DNA from: an uncultured Candidatus Actinomarina sp.
GTDB taxonomy: Bacteria; Actinomycetota; Acidimicrobiia; Actinomarinales; Actinomarinaceae
Assembly: GCA_902613615.1 (NCBI GenBank)
Contig: CACMHQ010000003.1
Span: forward strand, 128,115 to 192,114
Reading direction: 5' to 3'
DNA: 64,000 nucleotides
A program made the position numbers and the translations under genes. A model generated the notes under the pieces. It had not been told where the DNA came from. It made no database searches and saw nothing but the letters and a program-made list of their open reading frames with translations. Shown here in pieces: positions 21,028-30,795 of this stretch; the first letter of the stretch is position 1, and each line of letters starts with the position of its first letter.

Positions 21028-22728
21028 ATGGTTATTTCTAAAAGATATTTGATATTATTTCTCTCAAATTCTTTATTATTTTTATTACTTTTATTTTTGA
21101 ATGAGCAATTAATTGAATTTGTTACGTTAGGAGTAATTTTAAATATATTAGCTATCTATATTTTTGATAATTCTTCAACATATTACAACAATTTTAGAAA
21201 AAAAAGGAAATACCAGATATTGATATTTTTTTTGTTAGGTTTCTATCTTCTTATTTCACAGAATAATTTTCTTCATTATGAGATTATTTCAATAGATGTA
21301 CCTTCATATTTAGTTGCTTCACAACATGTAAGCTTTGAAAATTTACCATTTGAGTCTCAGTGGGAATCTAAAGGCCCTCTATTTATTTATTTATATAAAT
21401 TAATGCAAATTTTCTCAGGCAAAAGCTTGGTTCTTTTTAAAATCTTAAATGATTTTTTGTTATTCGTTATTGTCATATTTTTATATCTAACAGCATTAAA
21501 TATATCTAAAGATCATTTAATCTCGATTGGAAGTTCTTTATTTTTTATCTCGATCGTAAGTCATGAATGGTACGTTGGTGAATTATCTGAAATCTATTGT
21601 TTAATTTTTCTGTCTATTGTTACTTATATCTCTTCTTTAGAACAAAAGAAAAAAATTCATTATACAATCTCTATACTTCTACTTTCATTTTCAACCTTAA
21701 TTAACCAGTCAACAATTTTATTTTTGTTATCTTATCTGGTTTACTTTTTTTTATATATCGAAAAATATAATCTTAAATTGCTCTTTAGATTAATTTTTAT
21801 TTTTTCAATACCACATATATTTTTTTTAGTTTTATACATTATTAATGGAATAGTAGATATCTATCTTATTAACTACATTTTCCTAACTTTCGGTTACGTA
21901 CAAGAAGGTAGATTCGAATTTAACGAAGTTTTAATTTGGTTAAAAAGAATTTTTATTTTCAATAGTTTCTTGTTTTATTCTATATTTTTAATAACTTTTT
22001 CTGTTTTCATTAATATTTTTAAAACAATAAAAGAGCAAAACAAAAAAAATATTTTTATTATCTTTAATATTTTTGCATCAGTATTTATTTATATCATAGG
22101 TGGTCATAATTATGTTCACCATCTTTACTATTTTATTTTTTTTATATCACTTGGAGGAATCTTCTTATTAACTAAATTCAATAGATACACTTTTTTAGCA
22201 GTTGTTATTTTTGCAGCATCTCAAATTTTGGTTTCTACATTTTCTACTTCAATTTATAACTTGTCAAATACTGAAAAAATTCAGAACGAGTACCCTTTGT
22301 ACAGTCTTTCACAAGAAATCAAAATTAACAAAAAAGAATTTACAACTCTAGCTTTTGATCATTTGTTACTCCTGTTTTATTTAGACAAAGATAATGAGTC
22401 ATATATTATTCATCCATTTAATAACTTTGAAGAATACATTGTTGAACTATTAGTTAACTCTGGAAAACTTAAGTCTAATGAGTTATCTCATTTTAGCTAT
22501 TATGTAGAATCTGAACCAGATTTAATTGTCTGCAATCCAAGAGCTATAGTTTTAGGTGTACCCACAAAATTAGATGGAAGAGATTATTTCAATTGTGAAA
22601 TATCCGATTATAAGAAAAACTACATAAAAATCGACACGACTAAATTTAATGATGACCCAAATTTTCATTTTTACAACGATCCATACAGAGAAATAAGCCT
22701 TTTTATTAAAACTTCAGAAAAAAATTAA
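21028..22728 (+). CDS. GT-C fold membrane glycosyltransferase-like protein (ArnT/PMT_2-like); paralogue of 30796..32643
   Basis: More than 10 helices plus a C-terminal soluble domain. It aligns clearly with the 30796..32643 product (QNNFLHYEIISIDVPSY / QNNFLQYEILDHDISTF; EYPLYSLSQE / EYPLRNLSEQ; LLLLFYLDKDNESYIIHP / LLILFYLEQNNDIYIVHP). Confidence 0.55.
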   Translation: MVISKRYLILFLSNSLLFLLLLFLNEQLIEFVTLGVILNILAIYIFDNSSTYYNNFRKKRKYQILIFFLLGFYLLISQNNFLHYEIISIDVPSYLVASQHVSFENLPFESQWESKGPLFIYLYKLMQIFSGKSLVLFKILNDFLLFVIVIFLYLTALNISKDHLISIGSSLFFISIVSHEWYVGELSEIYCLIFLSIVTYISSLEQKKKIHYTISILLLSFSTLINQSTILFLLSYLVYFFLYIEKYNLKLLFRLIFIFSIPHIFFLVLYIINGIVDIYLINYIFLTFGYVQEGRFEFNEVLIWLKRIFIFNSFLFYSIFLITFSVFINIFKTIKEQNKKNIFIIFNIFASVFIYIIGGHNYVHHLYYFIFFISLGGIFLLTKFNRYTFLAVVIFAASQILVSTFSTSIYNLSNTEKIQNEYPLYSLSQEIKINKKEFTTLAFDHLLLLFYLDKDNESYIIHPFNNFEEYIVELLVNSGKLKSNELSHFSYYVESEPDLIVCNPRAIVLGVPTKLDGRDYFNCEISDYKKNYIKIDTTKFNDDPNFHFYNDPYREISLFIKTSEKN

Positions 22729-22740
22729 TATAATACTTTA

Positions 22741-23484
22741 ATGATTAATTTATTTATCTATTATTTAAAAAAATTCTTACCAAGAAAAGATAGAATATCA
22801 TCAAATTTTCAATATAGGCATTATTTGTTCAATGAATTAATAGAGAATATCGATACTAGTAATTTTGAAAATTTTAGGATTTTAGAGATTGGGCCAAGAG
22901 ATGGTGAAGATAGTCAAAGGCTTGCCTCACTAAACCCAAAAGATTTTTTTATAATTGATCTTCCAAACAGAACAAAAAATAATTTAGATTGGATTAAAAA
23001 TTTAAATATAACACCCGACTATCTAGAAGGTAATCTTATGTATTTTTCGGATGAAGATCTATCTAAAATAGGAAAATTTGATTTAATTTGGTTTACTGGA
23101 GTTTTATATCACAATCCGGAGCAATTAAGGTTTATAAAAAAACTTTATAATTTACTGAATGATAAGGGATATTTAGTACTAGAAAGCTCTACAGTAAGAT
23201 CATTTTCTTTAAGAAATAAAAATGTTGTACAAATTCATTATCCAAATACTTTTAGGGATACAGATACTATTACACATTTACCATCTAAAAAAGCTATAAA
23301 AAGTTGGTTGCGTATGTCAGGATTTTTTCAGATAATTGATTCAAAGTGTTTTAATTTTGAAAACTACAATATAAAAAATACAAGATACGCATGTATCGCT
23401 ATAAAAACAAAAGATTCAAAACCTAAAAAATATTATTCAAAGGTCGTTAATAACTCCAATTATGAGATTGGAGATTCTAATTGA
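22741..23484 (+). CDS. Class I SAM-dependent methyltransferase
   Basis: RILEIGPRDGEDS (motif I), FFIIDL, and FDLIWFTGVLYHNPEQ (motif II/III). Confidence 0.6.
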   Translation: MINLFIYYLKKFLPRKDRISSNFQYRHYLFNELIENIDTSNFENFRILEIGPRDGEDSQRLASLNPKDFFIIDLPNRTKNNLDWIKNLNITPDYLEGNLMYFSDEDLSKIGKFDLIWFTGVLYHNPEQLRFIKKLYNLLNDKGYLVLESSTVRSFSLRNKNVVQIHYPNTFRDTDTITHLPSKKAIKSWLRMSGFFQIIDSKCFNFENYNIKNTRYACIAIKTKDSKPKKYYSKVVNNSNYEIGDSN

Positions 23485-23494
23485 CAGATTTAAT

Positions 23495-23875
23495 TTAAAT
23501 TGATTCACTTTTATACAATATTAAAGATGATAAAAGTAAATATATAAGTAAATAAAGCCTTGAGTATCCATAAATCCTAAAAACAATATAGATAGTTGAT
23601 ATTGATATCAAATTAATCAAAAAATAAAAATTAAACTTAAGAAAGTGAAGTAAATAAATTTCAATAAATGGTCTAAAAAAATAAATTAAAAAAAGTGTAA
23701 GAAGGCTGACACTTATAGAGATAATAATATATAAAACAATTTCGTTATATTTATTCATTATTCTTATTGAATTTAAATCAATGAAAAGCTGGTATACATT
23801 GATGTTGTTACTCAATACTATTACTAAGTAATTTAAACTAAATAGCCCAATTAATCTTAATGAAATTTTTAACAT
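23495..23875 (-). CDS. Small hydrophobic membrane protein, function unknown
   Basis: 126 aa with about 4 hydrophobic segments. It fills the gap between flanking genes. No motif recognised. Confidence 0.3.
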   Translation of the reverse strand: MLKISLRLIGLFSLNYLVIVLSNNINVYQLFIDLNSIRIMNKYNEIVLYIIISISVSLLTLFLIYFFRPFIEIYLLHFLKFNFYFLINLISISTIYIVFRIYGYSRLYLLIYLLLSSLILYKSESI

Positions 23876-23949
23876 TAAAAAAATTATATAGGTTTTTACA
23901 AAATATTTATTTTAATTTTTGAAACAGTGATACTCTGATATCTAGCTTT

Positions 23950-25632
23950 ATGTTAGAACAATTAATCATACATTTTGGACATATAGTAAAATATTTTCTT
24001 TTTTACTTTTTCATATATCTGAATGGAAGAGCATTTGCGATACTTTTAAATAGATATATTGAAAAGAAAACAAAAGTTCCAGAAGTAAAATTTTTAGATA
24101 CTACAAAAACAATCATCTATCCACTTTTAGGCATTGCTTTAGTTGGAAATTTGTTAGTTATTTCAAATTTTTTCATTGCACTCAAAAGTCCAATTGTTTT
24201 CATTGTTTTAATATTGTTTTCGCTAATTAATTTAGTTGATTTAAATTTTAAAAATTTTGATATAAATATTTACAAAATTTTTTCTTATGTATTAATTCCA
24301 TCCATTTTTCTATTTTTTGTCTACAACGCCTCATGGCATTATGATGCTGGATTTTATCATTTAAATAATCAAAACTGGCTCAGAGAATCAAATCTAATTA
24401 TTGGTTTTGTGAATATATTTTGGGCGTTTGGAATGTCTTCAATTTATGAATATCTATCAGCTATATTATGGAATGGTAACAACTTTCAATTTCTGACATA
24501 TTTAAACATATTTTTTATTCACTTTTTTTATCAAATAATTACTGAAAACATAATCAAAAATAAAGAAAGCGTGTACAAAAATTCTTCAATTCTTATTTTA
24601 ATTTTTTCAATACTTGATAATTTTGGTCTAGATGGAGGAAGAAATGGATTTATTTATTTTCAAGGGTTACCAAAACAAGATATGTCAGTTGCTATAATTT
24701 TTTTCTTTGTAAGTAGATTTATATTTGTATCAATCATAAAAAAAAATATTACAATAATGGATTTATCAATTTCTTCTTTTTTAATTTTATTTTTAGTTCA
24801 AATAAAACTTAATGCAGTCCCAATCTTTTTACTTTATTTAATATTTTTATCTTTGATATTAAAAAACAAGATTTTAACTTTTTATGAAATACTAAAATCT
24901 TCTTCCATAGCTCTTGTTTTTGGATCCATTTGGGTACTTAAGTACTATCTAACAACAGGTTGTTTTATTTTCCCTGTAAATGCTACTTGTAAAAACAACT
25001 TTAGTTGGTATTTGTACGAATCAACCAAATCATATGAAAAAATAACTAGAGAAGCGAGTTATACAATTACGAAATTTGATAATAACTTTTTTGAGTGGTT
25101 TAGTTTTTTTTATTCATTCCAAATAAACAAAGTAGTCTTGCTTAATTTTTTATTTTCTCTTTTAGTGATATTTATCTTTTTACTATTGTTTACAAATAGA
25201 TTAAAAATCGATAGAACTGTGTTTTTAATTTTTTTGTTTTTCGTAATTTCAAACCTGCTTTACTTAATTTTTTATGGTCCAACACCTAGATATTCTGTGG
25301 GTATTCTTATTACAATTGTTGGATTCATTGGATTTTATATAAATAAATTAAAGTTTGAAATAAAAAATGTAATTTTCTATTTTCTTGTTTTTGTTTCTGC
25401 AGTTCTTTTAATTAGATTTAACTCATACCAAGCATTTCTTAAGAATGAGAAGACTCAATTGTTTGATTCAAGAGAAATAGCTGTTTATATTGAATCAAAT
25501 AATGATTTCGTTAGACCAGATATTGGAGATCAGTGTTGGATTAATTTAAAATGCACCATGTCAAATGACCTTATTAGTATCAACGATAGTGGCTTTTTCA
25601 AAATTGCATCCAGACAAGTCATTAACGATTAA
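23950..25632 (+). CDS. Large polytopic membrane protein, unknown family; paralogue of 25622..27256
   Basis: It shares these blocks with its convergent neighbour: HYDAGFYHLNNQNW, LDNFGLDGGRNGF, TTGCFIFPVNATCKNNFSWY, GPTPRY and GDQCWINLKCT. Confidence 0.5.
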   Translation: MLEQLIIHFGHIVKYFLFYFFIYLNGRAFAILLNRYIEKKTKVPEVKFLDTTKTIIYPLLGIALVGNLLVISNFFIALKSPIVFIVLILFSLINLVDLNFKNFDINIYKIFSYVLIPSIFLFFVYNASWHYDAGFYHLNNQNWLRESNLIIGFVNIFWAFGMSSIYEYLSAILWNGNNFQFLTYLNIFFIHFFYQIITENIIKNKESVYKNSSILILIFSILDNFGLDGGRNGFIYFQGLPKQDMSVAIIFFFVSRFIFVSIIKKNITIMDLSISSFLILFLVQIKLNAVPIFLLYLIFLSLILKNKILTFYEILKSSSIALVFGSIWVLKYYLTTGCFIFPVNATCKNNFSWYLYESTKSYEKITREASYTITKFDNNFFEWFSFFYSFQINKVVLLNFLFSLLVIFIFLLLFTNRLKIDRTVFLIFLFFVISNLLYLIFYGPTPRYSVGILITIVGFIGFYINKLKFEIKNVIFYFLVFVSAVLLIRFNSYQAFLKNEKTQLFDSREIAVYIESNNDFVRPDIGDQCWINLKCTMSNDLISINDSGFFKIASRQVIND

Positions 25633-27256
25633 TTTCTCTAATCAAAATTTTATAACCAGAAATATTTTTTGATTTAAGGTTAATGTTTTCTTTTGTACAT
25701 TCTAGATTTATCCAACACTGATCTCCATAAGACGGATTAACCCCCCAACCGTTACTTTTTTTATAATCAACAATCGGGACTTCCAAAACTTTATTACTAT
25801 TCAAACTGACTAATCCCGTAAAATAGGTTTCCAACCTTGGTGTGAAAACTAATGTACTAAAGAAAATAAAACTAAATAATAACCCAATATATTTATTTGA
25901 ATCGACAATGTTTAAATTTTGGACTTTAGAGCCAAGATAAAAAACTGAAAATATCATTAGCCCACTTGTGAATCTTGGTGCTGGAGATGTATATATATAA
26001 GTAAATGTAGACAAAACAATAAAAGATAAGAAAAGAGAATCTCCACCTTTTTTATTTTTAGTTGTAAACAAGAATTTGTATAAAAATAAAATAATTAAAA
26101 AACTTATCAAATAATTTTGATAGATATAGGCATATTTTCCATCTATAAAAAAATCTCTAAACCAGCTAAAAAAATTTTTTTCAATATTGTAGGCATTGTG
26201 AAAATCTCTTGTATCGATTATTAATTTATCTATATCCTTTGAATACCAACTAAAGTTTTTAAAACAAGTTATCTTAACCGGATAAAAAAAACATCCAGAT
26301 ATAGAAACATTTTTTAATAGCCATAATAATCCTATAAAAAGAGGAAAGATTGTAGATTTAAATAGTATCAAAAATTTCTGTTCTTTAATAAACCTAAATA
26401 AGATAAATAAATATAAGAATAAAATTATTACACCGTAAACTTTTAACTGAATCAAAAACAAAACAAAAAAATTAATTATTATGAAATCAGTCTTTGAGAT
26501 ATCTTTACTCTTTATTATGTAAAGACAAAAAATCGATGAAAGAAAAAAAATAATTGAAAAATTATTGTCTACTTTTCCTACACCTTGGATGTTTAAAAAT
26601 CCATTTCTTCCTCCGTTTAATCCAAAGTTGTCTAAAAAACCATAAAGAATAACAAATATTGCTCCATACTTGTAAAACCTTATTTCTGAAACAAAAATAA
26701 AATTGTACAAAAAAGCGAAAAATAGACTTAAAAAGGCTAAATTCAAAAAATGCAAATACATGAAGTTGTTTCCAATCCAAAAGCTTGAAAGAATATATTC
26801 ATTTAATGACGAAAATCCAAAAGGTGAATAGATATTGCTAAGTCCAAATATAATTTTTTCATTAACAATCCAGTTTTGATTATTTAAATGATAAAGTCCT
26901 GCATCGTAATGAAATCCAATATCGTATGATGAAAATCCCAATATGCCTGGAAGGAGAATATTTTGAATAATAATGTCTTTTTTTGCTTTAATGTAAAATT
27001 TTTTTTGAAAATTAAAAATTAAAAAAATTGAAACAAGAAATAAAACTATGTTATTTTGTAGTGGTATAAAAAAATTAAGGAAAAAAGACAAGTTACCAAT
27101 TATAAATATTGAAAATAAAACATAATAAAGCTCTTTTTTCAACCCAAAAAAACTTTTGTAATCTTTTTTTAAAACAAAGGTATTTAATAGTATGAAAAAA
27201 CCTCTGCCTATAAAATACAAAAAATTAAAAAATAATATATTTTGTAAAATTAACAT
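25622..27256 (-). CDS. Large polytopic membrane protein, unknown family; paralogue of 23950..25632
   Basis: Blocks HYDAGLYHLNNQNW, LDNFGLNGGRNGF, ISGCFFYPVKITCFKNFSWY, SPAPRF and GDQCWINLECT. Its 3' end overlaps the paralogue's 3' end by 11 nt. Confidence 0.5.
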   Translation of the reverse strand: MLILQNILFFNFLYFIGRGFFILLNTFVLKKDYKSFFGLKKELYYVLFSIFIIGNLSFFLNFFIPLQNNIVLFLVSIFLIFNFQKKFYIKAKKDIIIQNILLPGILGFSSYDIGFHYDAGLYHLNNQNWIVNEKIIFGLSNIYSPFGFSSLNEYILSSFWIGNNFMYLHFLNLAFLSLFFAFLYNFIFVSEIRFYKYGAIFVILYGFLDNFGLNGGRNGFLNIQGVGKVDNNFSIIFFLSSIFCLYIIKSKDISKTDFIIINFFVLFLIQLKVYGVIILFLYLFILFRFIKEQKFLILFKSTIFPLFIGLLWLLKNVSISGCFFYPVKITCFKNFSWYSKDIDKLIIDTRDFHNAYNIEKNFFSWFRDFFIDGKYAYIYQNYLISFLIILFLYKFLFTTKNKKGGDSLFLSFIVLSTFTYIYTSPAPRFTSGLMIFSVFYLGSKVQNLNIVDSNKYIGLLFSFIFFSTLVFTPRLETYFTGLVSLNSNKVLEVPIVDYKKSNGWGVNPSYGDQCWINLECTKENINLKSKNISGYKILIREINR

Positions 27257-27263
27257 TTAGAGA

Positions 27264-28112
27264 CTACAAACTGTCAATTCTCACCCAGTCTTTAGGTATG
27301 AAAGGTTCAAAATTTGAATTTTTGAACCAAGGGGACGGATATAGAACAACTTTACTATTCATCATAGACATAATGCTTGCAAGATAAGAAAAGCTGCTAT
27401 TTGCGATTATAAAATATCTGTAGTTTGCCATTTTTGAAAATGTATTAAAGGCATTTTCCGAACCATCATTCAAATATACGTTATTTGCATTTTCAAAAAT
27501 TTTATCATTATGAGGGATAGTATTTAAATCAGTAAATATATCATATTTTTCAATTTCAAAATTACTCTTTGTAAACTTTAAAGCTTCTAAATAATACTCA
27601 TCATTTATTTCTTCGGAGATATCCGTATAATCAGTTCTTCTTATATGAACCATAATATTTTCGTTTAATTCATTTTTTTCAATTTGATTTAAATTCTTAT
27701 TATTTTTACTTAAAGATTCTCTTATAAAGTTTTGATTATTAATTATATGATCTTCACTTTGCCAATATCCCGTAAATCGATTTATAAATGAAAAATCTTT
27801 TTTTAGATGCTGTCCCTCAAATATTTTGAATATAGGGTTGTATCGTGAATTGAAAAATCTATTAAATAATCGTATATAAAACAATTTCTTTATCATTTCA
27901 AATATTAAATAAGTGAGATAACTAATTGATTTAAAACCAAAAGATTCTATGTTCAACTCTAGATTTCTTTTTTTTTCAATTTCTTTGTTTTTTAATTGAT
28001 GAGGATTAATTCTTACTACAAAACCAGAATCTTGTAAGTATTTGGCGAAACTTATTTGAATAACTTGGTTTCCAAATCCGCCAAGTAAATCAACTATTGC
28101 TATTTTTTTCAT
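27264..28112 (-). CDS. Family 11 glycosyltransferase (alpha-1,2-fucosyltransferase type)
   Basis: GGFGNQVIQISFAKYL (GT11 N-terminal motif), VHIRRTDY (motif I) and FIIANSSFSYLASIM (NS[ST]FSWW-type motif). Confidence 0.8.
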   Translation of the reverse strand: MKKIAIVDLLGGFGNQVIQISFAKYLQDSGFVVRINPHQLKNKEIEKKRNLELNIESFGFKSISYLTYLIFEMIKKLFYIRLFNRFFNSRYNPIFKIFEGQHLKKDFSFINRFTGYWQSEDHIINNQNFIRESLSKNNKNLNQIEKNELNENIMVHIRRTDYTDISEEINDEYYLEALKFTKSNFEIEKYDIFTDLNTIPHNDKIFENANNVYLNDGSENAFNTFSKMANYRYFIIANSSFSYLASIMSMMNSKVVLYPSPWFKNSNFEPFIPKDWVRIDSL

Positions 28113-28130
28113 TCTTATTTTTAAGGATAA

Positions 28131-28385
28131 TCAATAAATCGTAATAGATTTATTTATATTTAATTGGTTTTTTTTAATAATCATTGCTAAATAAAACATG
28201 ATAAGAATTAAAAACATTCCCCATGAAAAAGCCAAGGAATCACTTATTAGATTAGCTATTTTGTCATCGACAGCTCTAAAATTTTCAATAAAAATATTTG
28301 GATCTTGAAAAAGTGAAATTATTTTTATAATCAAAACACCAAAAAATGATGTAAATAAAATGTTTATGTATTTATTTTTTAACAT
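28131..28385 (-). CDS. Small membrane protein, function unknown
   Basis: 84 aa with two hydrophobic helices, directly upstream of the GT11 gene on the same strand. Confidence 0.3.
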   Translation of the reverse strand: MLKNKYINILFTSFFGVLIIKIISLFQDPNIFIENFRAVDDKIANLISDSLAFSWGMFLILIMFYLAMIIKKNQLNINKSITIY

Positions 28386-28504
28386 TCCTCAACTTTTTAA
28401 ATTCACATTAATTTTACAGATATAATTCTGAAATAAAACTTAACCTTTAAGTCTTTTAAAAAAATATCAAATTAAACACATATCAGAATTATTGTTAGCT
28501 TGAG

Positions 28505-29296
28505 ATGGAAAATTATATCAGCGTTGCTATTCCAACATACAATTCGAGCAAATATCTAAAAGATTGCTTAAAGAGGTTTATAGGTTTAAATATTGTAAAT
28601 GAGATTATTATTCAAGATGACTGTTCCTCAGAAAAAGAAATAAAAAATATAAAAGATATATTAACAAATATAAACTCTGAAAAATTGAGCTTACATATAA
28701 ATTCAGAAAATAAAGGTGCGTTTTTTAACAAGATAGAAGCCATCTCAAATTGTACTAATGAATGGGTTTATCAAATAGATTCAGATAATATTCCTTCAAA
28801 AAATATTAAACATGATATAAATTACGTTTTGAAGACTAATGACCCTAATAACTTATACTACCCTTCAACTTTGTATCAATTTTATAATTACCCTAATTTC
28901 TCAAAATTTTTAAGCCTTTTTAGAAAAAAATACATTGTAAGACTATTTGATGAAGATACTTTATTAGATATTAATAAAATTAAAGAAACATTATTGAATG
29001 ATAAGAAAATCACAATAGATAAAAACATACTTTGGGTTTTAAATTGTGGAAATTTCATTCTTCATAAAGATAAATTTTTAGAAAGAACAAAAAAAATCGA
29101 TAAAGAAGCAGCTAACTTTTTATACGCGGATACAATTGCTTTTTCATATTACTGGATAAGTAACGGAGGTATTATTTTTCTTAAGTCAAATTTTTATCAT
29201 CACCACAGAAAAAGAAGCGATAGTTTGTCGATAAACGAAGGTGAAAATACACTGCTAACAATCGAATACTTTAAAAATAAAATTTTTAATAGCTAA
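28505..29296 (+). CDS. Family 2 glycosyltransferase
   Basis: ISVAIPTYNSSKYLKDCL...IIIQDDCSSE and QIDSDN (DXD) blocks. Confidence 0.7.
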   Translation: MENYISVAIPTYNSSKYLKDCLKRFIGLNIVNEIIIQDDCSSEKEIKNIKDILTNINSEKLSLHINSENKGAFFNKIEAISNCTNEWVYQIDSDNIPSKNIKHDINYVLKTNDPNNLYYPSTLYQFYNYPNFSKFLSLFRKKYIVRLFDEDTLLDINKIKETLLNDKKITIDKNILWVLNCGNFILHKDKFLERTKKIDKEAANFLYADTIAFSYYWISNGGIIFLKSNFYHHHRKRSDSLSINEGENTLLTIEYFKNKIFNS

Positions 29297-29297
29297 T

Positions 29298-30536
29298 TTA
29301 TTCGTTTAGGTAAGTAACTCTACAGTTATCATTTAAAATATTTTTTTCACATGCTGAAATCGTATCTGAAATATTTGCGAATGTTTCTTTTTCAAAAAAT
29401 GGGATTGTAATATCAAGAAATAAAGTAGTTACAATGATAATTTTTAAGATTAAAATCTTATTGTTTTTCATATTAGAAAACAATATAAAAACAATTAATG
29501 CAAATGAAAGTAATCCAAGTAATTTGTAGTTTTCTATAAATATTAATATTAAAAATCCTATAGTTAACAAGTCAGCTCTATTAGTAAAAATATTTGATGA
29601 TAAAAAATAAAATAAGCTTATAAGGATTATCACAGTGAAATGTTGGGAATAACGCATCCATTTTGTCTCACTTAAAAACCAGAACCATATATAAGGTAGA
29701 AATGTCGAGCCTAAAAGAAAAAAAGACAGATTGTTAAAAAAATAATTGATCTTATCTTGTCTTAATAAAATATAGATGAAATAAATAATTGGCACTATTC
29801 CAATTCTTATTATGTCGTAAATATTCCAAATACTTACTTCTGAATTATTTATTGAATCCCAAAAAGTGTAAATTATGTTTAAGTTTGCTCCAGAGCTAGG
29901 ATGCTGAGATATAAATACATACTGATCATTTATATAATTGACTATTGAGCCACCTTCATAATTTAATTGAATCAATAAAAACCAACTGAGTATAGGTAAA
30001 AGAAAATAACCGAAATCTTTAAGTATAGAAATTAATTTTTTTTCTTTGATAACTACAAAAATGTAAAATCCAATAAATGGTAAAAGTGTAAGTATTTTTC
30101 CATAAATTATTGAAAAGCTAATTAATATTATCGACAGCCTTCTTCTGTGATTAAATAGAAATAATGCATTTACAAACAAAATCATCGATGGTATTTCACC
30201 TATAGAATATAAACTTCCTTGCCACCAAGGAATTAATGAAATAATAAAGATATTTGCAATAGTGATAAACCGTATTCCTACTTTGTGAACTTTAAAAAAA
30301 TAAATTGATAAAAAAATCTGTAACAAGATAACCCAATAAAAATTTCCAATTCTTGATAATCTAAAGTTGTTTGATAATTCCCATAGAATTACACCACCTA
30401 CACTAGATAAAGGTCCTGACGTTAAATATGTTGAATACGACCCTCCAACAAAACTCCCAGCATTGAAGTCTAGAGTTGTAAAAAAGTTTGAATTTGATGC
30501 TAAAACTAAATACTCATCTATAAAACTTTCCAGCAT
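29298..30536 (-). CDS. Polytopic membrane protein (GT-C/polymerase-like), unknown family
   Basis: About 10 hydrophobic helices. The frame stays open about 135 nt upstream of the first ATG and encodes one more hydrophobic segment without a canonical start codon, so the start is uncertain. Confidence 0.45.
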   Translation of the reverse strand: MLESFIDEYLVLASNSNFFTTLDFNAGSFVGGSYSTYLTSGPLSSVGGVILWELSNNFRLSRIGNFYWVILLQIFLSIYFFKVHKVGIRFITIANIFIISLIPWWQGSLYSIGEIPSMILFVNALFLFNHRRRLSIILISFSIIYGKILTLLPFIGFYIFVVIKEKKLISILKDFGYFLLPILSWFLLIQLNYEGGSIVNYINDQYVFISQHPSSGANLNIIYTFWDSINNSEVSIWNIYDIIRIGIVPIIYFIYILLRQDKINYFFNNLSFFLLGSTFLPYIWFWFLSETKWMRYSQHFTVIILISLFYFLSSNIFTNRADLLTIGFLILIFIENYKLLGLLSFALIVFILFSNMKNNKILILKIIIVTTLFLDITIPFFEKETFANISDTISACEKNILNDNCRVTYLNE

Positions 30537-30795
30537 TGATGATTTTGTTCTTACATAATCAAACAGAAAAACATTACTTGTTAATAAAAAGAAAAATGCA
30601 AGTAAATTTTTAGTAGTATTATTATTTTCGATTGCATCAATTGAAATCTCAAAACCTTTAGAATTATTAATTTCTTACCTACATTCATTTAACAAACTAA
30701 GAATTATTAATCACAATATTAAATGAATTGAAAAATAATATATTAACTTTCATATATGCAAATACAAAATTGTTTATCATTGGGTAAGAACATAT

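Noticed and set aside
30537-30674. An in-frame upstream extension of the 29298..30536 membrane-protein gene that encodes an additional hydrophobic helix (…NLLAFFFLLTSNVFLF…).
   Set aside because: The open frame has no ATG/GTG/TTG start before the stop at 30675-30677. It may reflect a rare start codon or a decayed N-terminus and cannot be resolved from sequence alone.
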